55,178 bases of DNA from Thermoplasmata archaeon (GTDB taxonomy: Archaea; Thermoplasmatota; Thermoplasmata; GCA-020350865): positions 896,138 to 951,315 of the forward strand of contig CP070751.1 in the NCBI GenBank assembly GCA_020348445.1, written 5' to 3'. The translations under genes were made by a program, and so were the position numbers. This document shows positions 37,101-45,800 of the stretch, piece by piece. Each line of letters begins with the position of its first letter. Within the stretch, counting starts at the first letter, position 1. A model generated the notes under the pieces. It had not been told where the DNA came from. It made no database searches and was given only the letters and a program-made list of their open reading frames with translations.

Positions 37101-37414
37101 GTGAAGACAATTCCTGCACCTCCACCAAGGGCATTCAAAGTACCTTGAATTTCCAACTTAATGTCCGAGCCGAAATCGAAATAACAAACATCGCCGGGAT
37201 TGATGTTCAGTGTATCCGGAGTGGGTGCGCCTGCGATTGTAACGGTCTCATGGAATGTATAGGTTCCACTTCCACCAGTTACTGCACCACCAGAATTTGC
37301 CACCAGATCGTCCATATCCCAGATTACACCTGAACCAGGTGTTGTATATGCACCTGCATTCGGCATCCTCAATGGAACAATTACAAGTGTTATACTGAGA
37401 ATTACAACCCACAT
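34178..37414 (-). CDS. Secreted beta-helix surface protein with ~11 Gly-rich repeats and a C-terminal GWNLVS.P domain
   Basis: Hydrophobic N-terminus; parallel beta-helix rungs (GI.I...I.NN.I); repeated I.GG.GG[DN]N; PLYEGWNLVSIP and YPGWNLVSYP. Confidence 0.85.
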   Translation of the reverse strand: MWVVILSITLVIVPLRMPNAGAYTTPGSGVIWDMDDLVANSGGAVTGGSGTYTFHETVTIAGAPTPDTLNINPGDVCYFDFGSDIKLEIQGTLNALGGGAGIVFTSNGAPPDAGDWNSIYFSGGVGEIYNCLIEYAGSGITIMDGSVTINKSTITNNLATGIYVNGGTVEIKYSDIFGWNATSGSFRPGGNGINCTGTASGTIIIDGNNITGGDGDDFGGSVIPDGGAAISCQNFDGKMEIRDNYLIKGGNGGDNNLNDGRAGAGGHAICFSPVADYLLPPAINISENQNITGGDGGDNNALQDGIAGWGGDGINISDDDSTGQILVVGNNKITGGIGGDNHADYVSGWIAGKGGNGISLYYCSVGYIRYNDNISGGKGGNNTGVGALVSPPLTAGCGGHGIFIYNSTNITVENSNISGGDGGNNTVTGTSADAGGGGQGVYAFAGSDALIFESKIRGGEGGDIYVDSQIGIPKGAGGGGDGIRSDNSFVYAENINITGGEGGDNYGEYSCPNVGGYGIYVLNWGGVSANGGSITGGKGGDDYHPNGWLWPRGSHAIYISNGLNSEYQHLTIRGGAGGNNYAGSSVAGGGYGERSIYAYGGDTIDIHDNPLITAGSGGIDYVGGIKHGDGTPVIIFQKNIYNSKLRNNYILVAQYGAGMDVYSNILIDNNTIVGINSEGGGAIGVHKEGKNTVISNNTIFGFLDSSSSGTIFCQGQSSPLIINNIIDTTSVGIYTFGAFPYIVNTTITNSTIYGIRPISSSYLIENSTITHSGLADFFIRSKSQITTLNTSFNGAKVDIDGNSNLTVKNYLDVSVLGATLTPISGVDVNVTDNGEPIYQTTGFGGSESQTDSDGFVRWILITDRIYNGSNTATENITTLEVSHPFKTFVDNPRDVNMSTSHTEIFVEVGFPLYEGWNLVSIPYIQSDTGLSSVLDSINGFYDAVQQYNASDGFNHWKHYQISKPSHLNDLHTIDHSMGFWIYITRLGGTGFVWNGTKPIENQSITLYPGWNLVSYPSLTSYNRTEGLNNITYGSDVDAIWTYNSKIQKWEKLGESDYFEIGRGYYIHSKVEKTWVVPL

Positions 37415-37593
37415 TATCCCAATCGAGGTTAACCTTTTATTCGTTCAAACCCTCCATATGATTTAATCGTAATCCTTCCTTATCTACTTTTCTAAATCGA
37501 AATAAGGATATAAAGGTTGTTTGGAACAATTTTTGCATATTTTACATTGTTTGATGTTATTGACCATCAAGGCCCTCTGTTCCCTGGCTCAAG

Positions 37594-38898
37594 CTAAGGG
37601 TATGCATAGGTAAAGAAATACACATAACCAGCTGAGTCGCCTGCCACAAAATAGTCATAAAATTGTGTGGGTTGACAATAGGAATAACTGATCGCAACTG
37701 AGGTTACCGTTCCGTTTGCTGTATAGGAGTCGATTATGTTATCTGAATTCTGAGCAACTAGAATAATACTGTTTTCGGGAGTAAAACTCCCAAATAATCT
37801 AAAATTGTAAGCAGAGTTGTTATCGTAGGTGGCATCTGCAGAACAAATCAAACCAGTGGACCAATTGCGTATCTTATTAGGACTGGTATAATACGACTCA
37901 TCGCTCTCATCATCATTAGGTCCTTCACCTGAGATCACACTAAAAGTAGGACCGGCAGGTGCGACAGTATTGCAGTCCGATACTGCAACAGCATAGATAT
38001 CACCGGCCTCCGCTCTCGTCCAACCTGGGGTTTGATCGTCTCCAGTCCCCCATGTCCCGTCTGCACCCACATCAAATTCATATACATTACTGGTTCCTGC
38101 ACCAGGATTCGGATCATCTTCGCCAGCAACTACGATTAAACCGTTTCTTGCTATGTCTACATTAACATAAGAATCAGTGGTGATGTTGAACCATACCATC
38201 TCATGATTGCTTGGATCGGTGTTGTTGTAGAATTCAATTCTATTATTATCTGAGCTTGCAACAATCCAGTTTCCATCCTCTGATATTCTGACATTCATAA
38301 CATTACCTTCAGAAATCTGTTCGGACCATATATTCGATCCAGTTGAAGCATTGATAACGTAGATACAATCACCGCTGCATGATACTACAAATGCATCATA
38401 ATTACCCTGACTGTAAAACCGGGCTGACGAGTTGGATACATCCACCGAGTAACAATCACCCCTACTTCGATACATGTCGTTATACCATAGAAAATTACCA
38501 GATATATCAAACGCATATACTTCGTCGGAAGTAGTTCCAGCTACAACATATTGTGCATCTCCTGAGATCGCTACCCCGTGACTGGTGCCATATGACGAAA
38601 AATCTGCTATACTTAAACTATTATTATACCACTGCAAATTACCACTCGCATCAAAAACAGACAAATTCTGTGCGCTTCCAACGACCACATATACATTACT
38701 AGGATTAGAGTTTCCATCCGAGATATCGACACTACGGACCGCTGATCCAGTATAACTGACTCCCTGAAATTCAAGATAGTCACTTTGAGCACTTACGTTT
38801 TTCGTAATTATCGGGATTGCGACAAATGTTATGATTATTGTTGCAATTACAACTATAATCAGAATCCCGCTCAGAAATTTTATTTCATCCTTTTCCAT
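37594..38898 (-). CDS. N-terminally anchored beta-propeller (WD40/PQQ-like) protein
   Basis: N-terminal TM; repeated V[DA]IS.DG.Y[VI]VAG...VY.FD.SGN..W blades; GGGGGAAG RBS. Confidence 0.8.
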   Translation of the reverse strand: MEKDEIKFLSGILIIVVIATIIITFVAIPIITKNVSAQSDYLEFQGVSYTGSAVRSVDISDGNSNPSNVYVVVGSAQNLSVFDASGNLQWYNNSLSIADFSSYGTSHGVAISGDAQYVVAGTTSDEVYAFDISGNFLWYNDMYRSRGDCYSVDVSNSSARFYSQGNYDAFVVSCSGDCIYVINASTGSNIWSEQISEGNVMNVRISEDGNWIVASSDNNRIEFYNNTDPSNHEMVWFNITTDSYVNVDIARNGLIVVAGEDDPNPGAGTSNVYEFDVGADGTWGTGDDQTPGWTRAEAGDIYAVAVSDCNTVAPAGPTFSVISGEGPNDDESDESYYTSPNKIRNWSTGLICSADATYDNNSAYNFRLFGSFTPENSIILVAQNSDNIIDSYTANGTVTSVAISYSYCQPTQFYDYFVAGDSAGYVYFFTYAYP

Positions 38899-39196
38899 TT
38901 TTCTTCCCCCTAATTTATATCGTTACTATTGTGGAACTTACAAGATACAAGCCTTTTTGGAAATTTTAACAAAAAGGTTTATATATCAGAAAAGCAGCCA
39001 GATGATAGAAAGGTTCATATATGCAAAAAATTCAGAAAAACAAAGATGCTACCCAGGCATCATTATTAAAAATAACTGATTAAGTATAAAGCATATTACA
39101 CAAAATCCAAAACAGTTTCTTGTCTCATGACTTATTTTTATTGTTCCATCAACTCGATAATATTAATCTCTCGAAAGTATTCTTTGTTTAGTATGT

Positions 39197-39279
39197 TGTG
39201 CCCCCAATCCCCTCTTAAGGAAAAAATTATTCGGGTCAGATAGCCGCGATTATGCGAGGAAGGGTGAGGGTTTGGGGGC
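39197..39279. ncRNA. Candidate structured RNA or hairpin element in the intergenic region upstream of nop5
   Basis: GC-rich arms GCCCCCAATCCCCTC (39200-39214) and GAGGGTTTGGGGGC (39266-39279) in AT-rich DNA; ACA follows the stem on the minus strand. Confidence 0.3.
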
Positions 39280-39586
39280 TATATTGACATTGGATTTCAA
39301 TGCTCTTATATCTTACTATCGATTTGATTAATACTTCGTAGGCTCAAAATAGTTCATTGTACTTACAATAAGGTTGAGCAGGAATAAGGTGGATCTCCTG
39401 TCTTCGTTTATTTCCTCAAGAATTTGAATATCTACGCAGAGTCCATAAACTTACTCATAATAAAGCGCGCACTATGGAGATATAATCAAATCCAATATCA
39501 TATGTGGATGAAAGGATACTTATATTATATAGTGATTGAATATACCTTTTTGAGGTTGATCAATAAAAAATCACAAAAGTGATAGC

Positions 39587-40582
39587 ATGATACTGTTTAC
39601 AACCTGGTTCGGGACATTCCTTTACGAAAATGAAAAAGTAGTAAAATCCAACCTCTTTCCAAATAACGCAAATGAGATAGCAAAACGCCTGAAGGCAGTG
39701 GCCAATAAAGAGATACTTGATGAAGAGAAAACCTTGGCCGAGGGGCAAGATAGGATTTTGGTATTGGACGAGCGCCTTCGCATACTGGGCGGCGAGCTAA
39801 TCGAGGAGGAAATGCCTGATCTTTCCCCCGATGAATTCGGTTTTTCCAATGATATGCTTCATGAGGCCATGATGATACTTGCTAAGGATAAGACCCAAGA
39901 GCCTGTATCTGTTAACGAAAGTGTTTCTCAGGCTGTGAATGCGCTGGATGATCTCATGCAGAGCGCAAATATGCTTTCCGAACGCCTTCATGAGTGGTAT
40001 GGAATGCATTTTCCTGAGCACAGGAAGGTTATGAAGGAAGAGGAATTTATAGAGCTTGTGATTCAGGAATGCAAAAAGGGCGGACTGGACAACGAGCCAG
40101 ATTTGGAACCCATCTCGGAACTGGCAAGGACACTACGGGATCTGCATGAGAGGATGAGGGTGCTTGAGGACTACATCAAAAGCCAAATGGAAGATAATGC
40201 TGCCAATCTGTCATTTCTTGTGGGCCCAATCATAGGGGCAAGGCTGATCTCCAAGGCTGGGGGATTAAAGAGGCTCGCGACACTTCCTTCTGGTACTATT
40301 CAAGTTTTGGGTGCAGAGAAAGCATTGTTTCGGCATCTAAGAGACGGTTCAAATCCCCCGAAACACGGACTGATCTTCCAGCATCCATTGATTCACCGCG
40401 CACCTTATTGGCAGAGGGGAAAGATAGCAAGGGCATTTGCATCCAAGATAGCCATTGCCGCAAAACTGGACGAGCATTCTAATAAGGCCCTTGGAGAGGA
40501 TCTAAAAAACGATCTCCTTGAGAGGATCGAGGAGATCAAGGAAAAGTACCCAAAGCCGCATAAAAAAGGCTCAAAAAAATGA
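39587..40582 (+). CDS. nop5: C/D box sRNP core protein Nop5 (aNop56/58)
   Basis: ERLHEWYG.HFPE, GPIIGARLI..AGGL.RLA.LPSGTIQVLGAEKALFRHL, PKHGLIFQHP, RGKIARA.A.KI.IAA..D. Confidence 0.95.
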   Translation: MILFTTWFGTFLYENEKVVKSNLFPNNANEIAKRLKAVANKEILDEEKTLAEGQDRILVLDERLRILGGELIEEEMPDLSPDEFGFSNDMLHEAMMILAKDKTQEPVSVNESVSQAVNALDDLMQSANMLSERLHEWYGMHFPEHRKVMKEEEFIELVIQECKKGGLDNEPDLEPISELARTLRDLHERMRVLEDYIKSQMEDNAANLSFLVGPIIGARLISKAGGLKRLATLPSGTIQVLGAEKALFRHLRDGSNPPKHGLIFQHPLIHRAPYWQRGKIARAFASKIAIAAKLDEHSNKALGEDLKNDLLERIEEIKEKYPKPHKKGSKK

Positions 40583-40615
40583 TCAAAGCAAATGTAGGTT
40601 TCAAGGCTGATTTTC

Positions 40616-41521
40616 ATGGGGAAGCTCAACGCGTGGTTTAGAATCATACGCCCCCCCATTCTGTTTATAAGTGCCCTGGGTGCCGCAGTTGGTGCATTGA
40701 ATGTGAATCTAAATCCAGATCCATTCACATTCTGGCTGGCCTTGATTGCTTGGGCACCTTTGGTGTACACAGGTATCATGATACACAACGATTATACTGA
40801 TTTGGAATCGGACAAGATAAATAGGCCTCATAAGCCAATACCAAGCGGTGTAATCTCACCAGGTACAGCGAGGTGGACAGGCCTTGGTATGATGTTCGGA
40901 GGAACAGCACTTGCCTTCTTCATCAATATTCACAATGGCGAGATCAACTACTCTGCAGGCATTGTAGCCCTCTCTTTGACTATCGTGGGGATAGTGTACA
41001 ATCACTGGGGAAAGGGATGGGGGATATGGGGTAATGTCTTTGTTGCCTATGGGGTTGCCATCATACCCTTTTACGGAGGGGTTGCCATTGAGCCTGTTGA
41101 TGGCATCATAGCCATGGCTCCACTGACCATCAGTATATTTGTCATGGAAATAGGAAGAGAAATAATAGTCTGCGCAGAGGACGTGGAGGGGGACATCAAA
41201 GCGGGATTCAAGACATTACCTGTGCGCATAGGCGCAAAGAAATCCATGTACGTTGCTGTTCTATTTTACGTGGGCTACGCAATATTGTATCCTGCACCCT
41301 TTATTTTCAGATGGGATATACTGCCCTCGCTTTATTACGATCCTGTATACCTGTTCGGCGCAACAGTGTTTGCAATCATATTATTTGTTACCTGGGGATT
41401 GACATTGAGACAGATGACAGAACGCGCCTTCTGGAACTATATAAGAACCGGAACCAGGGTGGGGGTAATATTCTTTCAGTTCATCCTTCTTATCTCTGCA
41501 TTCTACCCAGGCAAGATATGA
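40616..41521 (+). CDS. UbiA-family prenyltransferase, probably digeranylgeranylglyceryl phosphate synthase
   Basis: NDYTDLESDKINRPHKPIPSG, REII...EDVEGD...GFKTLP; multiple TM helices. Confidence 0.85.
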   Translation: MGKLNAWFRIIRPPILFISALGAAVGALNVNLNPDPFTFWLALIAWAPLVYTGIMIHNDYTDLESDKINRPHKPIPSGVISPGTARWTGLGMMFGGTALAFFINIHNGEINYSAGIVALSLTIVGIVYNHWGKGWGIWGNVFVAYGVAIIPFYGGVAIEPVDGIIAMAPLTISIFVMEIGREIIVCAEDVEGDIKAGFKTLPVRIGAKKSMYVAVLFYVGYAILYPAPFIFRWDILPSLYYDPVYLFGATVFAIILFVTWGLTLRQMTERAFWNYIRTGTRVGVIFFQFILLISAFYPGKI

Positions 41522-41578
41522 GCAACAAAATTAAATAATGTAAAGTGATTTTCCAAATAGGGGAAAGAGGGTTAAAAA

Positions 41579-42847
41579 ATGTCGGCCCACAGGCATGAGA
41601 ACACAAAACCGAAGCATAGATTGACAGTCAACGAGAAGATACTTCTGCATCTCCTGGAAAACTTAAAGTCCAAAAATAAAAGGGAAGCTCCCTTCGAAAT
41701 CACACAAAAAGGAATTGCAGATGGTGTAAATATCAGATGGAATCACGTACCTCGGGCCATGGCCCAGCTCAAGAAGATGGGTTATGTATCAGAGGAGATG
41801 ACCCACATAGAAAGTAAGACCAGAAGGCAGAAGGTCTATTATCTGACAGACGAAGGAATTATATCTGCAAAGAACTTGAGAGAGAAAATATTGGGTTGGG
41901 ATGTCTATCTGAGAAGGGAGGATGGCCAGGTTTCGAAGTTGAAGCTCTCGAAGGTGAACTCCCAGCTTAAGACCAACTTTTCACCTCTATTACTCTACAT
42001 GAGCCTTCCTGATGACGATATCATTGATGAAAAGGTAATTTTACATGATGTTAAAAAAGAGATGGCCAAGAAGCCATCATTTGTATTTTATACATCAGGC
42101 GAAATCTCATGGCCTGAGAGACTAATAGAAAGGGAGACTGAAATAAAGACACTTTCGAATTGGATTGAACAAAACGAATATGGAACTATCCTCATCTATG
42201 GAAGTGTGGGCATAGGAAAAAGCGCTTTGATGGCGGAGATGTTAAAATCGTACAAAGATAAGAAAAATATCTTTTGGTACCAGCTTTCGGAAAATGATTC
42301 ACAAAGGGATATCATTTCAGGGATTTCAGAATTTCTTACTAGGCTCAAAATAACTGATCTCTCTGCCAGCTTGAAGGACGACGATACCCTCGATCTTTTT
42401 AAAGTGATGAGAATCATGGGCAATTCTTTGAGAGGAAAGGATACGATCCTTGCCTTTGACAATTATTTTATGGTGAGTGAAGAAGTTGCCGACCTTTTCT
42501 CGGGTCTTAGCGATCTGGCCCAAAAGAACGTGGCTTTAAAGGTCATAATCAGTGCAAGGGACACCACACCATTTTACTGCAGATTCTATGACAAAAACGA
42601 GGTTAAAAAAAGGAAGATCGCAGAGCTTTTAATTAAAGGTCTTTCAATGGAGGGAATCAAGCAGATGCTTGACGCTCCGAACATAGATTCCGACGCCTTA
42701 AAAAAGATACATCTTATGACAAGGGGCCATCCACTGACCATCGAGCTGATAAAGAAGGGGGATGTGAACAGCTTAAAGAGTATAAAGGGATTCAGCAGGC
42801 AGGAGGCCTCTCTGTTACTATATTTGAAGGGTGTAAAGGCCACTTAA
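41579..42847 (+). CDS. Winged-HTH plus STAND-class P-loop ATPase, with no C-terminal sensor domain
   Basis: N-terminal wHTH; Walker A GSVGIGKS; Walker B ILAFDN; sensor I VIISAR; GxP motif TRGHPL about 35 aa before the stop. Confidence 0.82.
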   Translation: MSAHRHENTKPKHRLTVNEKILLHLLENLKSKNKREAPFEITQKGIADGVNIRWNHVPRAMAQLKKMGYVSEEMTHIESKTRRQKVYYLTDEGIISAKNLREKILGWDVYLRREDGQVSKLKLSKVNSQLKTNFSPLLLYMSLPDDDIIDEKVILHDVKKEMAKKPSFVFYTSGEISWPERLIERETEIKTLSNWIEQNEYGTILIYGSVGIGKSALMAEMLKSYKDKKNIFWYQLSENDSQRDIISGISEFLTRLKITDLSASLKDDDTLDLFKVMRIMGNSLRGKDTILAFDNYFMVSEEVADLFSGLSDLAQKNVALKVIISARDTTPFYCRFYDKNEVKKRKIAELLIKGLSMEGIKQMLDAPNIDSDALKKIHLMTRGHPLTIELIKKGDVNSLKSIKGFSRQEASLLLYLKGVKAT

Positions 42848-42879
42848 GCGGTTTATAAAAATATGGATTCGCGTCAAGC

Positions 42880-45800
42880 TCATTTCGCCTTTTTCCTTGT
42901 GATTTTATAACCTACGAATGCTGCAATTGCGGCAAGAACCACCACCACTACCAATATTATGAGCCACCATAATGCAGAAAGAGAAAAGCCCTCCTTACTA
43001 TCACCCTCTGTTTCCTCATCTAAAAGAACGATGGTGAGTGAATCAGATACTTCATTGGTTCCATCGGAGATTCTGATATGGATTTTGTATATGCCGTCAT
43101 CATAATCGTCAGTTTCCCAAACATATTCCCATTGGCCATTTTCGTCCAAGGTGTACAAGATATCGATCCAAGTCTCTTTGTCGTCCAAACTGATTGAGAT
43201 ATCTGAAATACCGGTTTTATCGAAGGCTGTCCCTGATATGGTGACGACCTCTCCAATTTGGTATTGGAACTTGTCCGTCGGCGCTGTGATCTGGAGTATC
43301 GGGTCCTCTGAATCCCTCAGATCTATTTCCACTGAGGTGTACACTGGCTCGTTTATCCCATCCGATACCAACACAGTTATTGTGTAGTCACCCGAAATCA
43401 ATCCATTGGTGTCCCAGCTGTACTGCCAATCACCATTGTCTAGGCTCGGTAAAATCGAAATCCATGTTTCTTGATTGTCAAAGCTCAGTTTGAGCTCTGA
43501 AATCCTTTGGTTGTCATAGGCTGTGCCTGTAACCAAAATTGTATCACCTGGATTGAAATTCTCATTATCGAGTGGGGAGGTGATGGTGACGCTTGGTGGG
43601 TTCATATCTGTCAGATCGATGTACAGGTAATCTGAAGCCAGATATTGTCCATCGGACCCTCTGACTATGATCGAATGCATTCCAAGTGCACATTCACTTG
43701 TATCCCAATCATAGGACCAATGACCGCCGCTGAGCCTTGGTAATATATCCTCCCAGGTATTGCCCCCGTCTGTACTCAACCTGAGGTTTTGGAGTGCAAC
43801 ATTATCCTTTGCCTCACCAGAAATCGTTATTTGGGAACCTACATTAAAATCTGAATCGTCAGGAGGATAGTTAATGGAGATAATAGGTTCTTCCAGGTCC
43901 ACCAGTTCGATATCAACTGAGTCAGTCGAGTTGTTTTTACCGTCGGAGGCATCCACCACCAAAGTCCGATGTCCGAGAGGCAGGCCCGTGGTATCCCATT
44001 CATAGGACCAAGATGTACCAATTAAATTTGATAAAATATCGGTATAGTTCTGCCCACCGTCGGTACTTAATCGTAGGCTCGTCACATCCTTGTTGTCGTA
44101 TGCTGTTCCCGAGATTATCACCCGCGTTCCTATGTTGATGTCAGCGCCTTGGATTGGATTTGAAATGGAAACAGAGGGGGCCACACCATCTACCAACTCG
44201 ATACACTCCCAACTGGATATCAATTTACGATTTGTTCCGTCGTTGGCTAGAATTTGAATCACGTATGAATCAAGGGATAGATCGTCGGTTATCCAATCGT
44301 ATGACCATTGACCATTGTGCAAACTCGGCAATATGTCTATCCAGCTTATTCCATAGTCAGTGCTCAACAAAAGTGATTCTATCTCGGCATTGTCGAATGC
44401 CGTGCCGGAGATTGTTATTGTCTGGCCGATGTTGACTTGGGAATATTCAGTGGGGTTGAGGATGTTTATGTCAGGAGGCTCTTTGTCCACTAGATCAACT
44501 TCTATTGAGTCTGAGCTTTGTGTTGATCCATAATCAGCTTCAACCTCGATGGTGTACGATCCCTCATCCAATGAACCTGTGTTCCATTCATATACCCACT
44601 GATTATCAGTACGAGTCGGATATTTCCAGGTCGTCCCGGAATCGGTGCTCAAACGCAGGGAAACAAGGTCAGTCTCGTTGCTCACTATCCCAGAAATCGA
44701 GATAACGTCGCCGATGTTCAATTGAGAGCCATCCCCAGGCGTTACGATTTTAACTGTATGTGACGGTGGGTTATAGTAAAGTTCAAAAGTGAGCTTTATG
44801 ACCTTTGTGGTCTCGATGGAATCCCGATTCGAGAGTACAAAATAATAATTGTAGTCATCTGGAAGGTCGAACTCAAAGGATCTTGAATTCAGGTTCTGTG
44901 TGTATTCGTATGATTGGAAATTGTAGCCAGCTCGGAAATTTACAAACTCCTCATCTGTTGCGATGAAGGAATCTATGTGATTCCCCTGGTGGTCATCAAT
45001 TGATGGCCTGGGTATTCTTAAGGGAGGAATCTCTTCTGGATGATAGTTGCCTGTAAGCAGATTTCTTGGATGCTGTGTACCAGATATCACCTGATAGTTG
45101 ATGCCAAGTCTAAATCGCGGATCAGAGGGATTTGGATTTGGCTGGTTATCGGCGTCGAGTATTGGGTTGGGTGCCGCGCCTTCAAGGGAAAACATGAACG
45201 TATAGTCCCAGCCGTGCTGAAGCTCCATCTTGCCTGATTCGGCACTTCCCACCTTGCTTATTATCTTGAACGTGAAATTCTTGTTGCCGTTTGGTCCCTG
45301 TTGCGTTGCCAGCTTAAAGAGTGCATTTCCATTTGAATCTGTATAGTTCCAAATGCAGGGGAAGGGAATCTCCACTTGATACCCTGAGATATCAGCTTTC
45401 ATCCAGTAGCTTAACACAATCACCCTTGCACCATCCACTGGATCGCCGTTGTTATCCATAACATGAATCGTTACATGGCTTATATTGTCCTGGGGAATGT
45501 AGTGATCTGTCACCTCAAAGGCATCATCGTCGCCCACATGTTTTGTAATGCCTGAGCCGCCCCTTTGGCCCCATCCAACCCAGTAATTGTCAAAATTGTC
45601 TATAACAGATCCCCCGTCGCTCCAGTAGTTATCCCACTGATGCCAGCCGTTCTCGTAGAACTCGATCCACACATGATCTTCACCCAAGAGTAAAATCCCT
45701 GCAGCAGGGATCAAAGCAGTCCTTGCCGCTGCCGTGGTTAAATCCTGAAGCTCCCCGCAATTTCCGTTGTGGTGATGGGCTATCCTGACAGGCTGGATGG

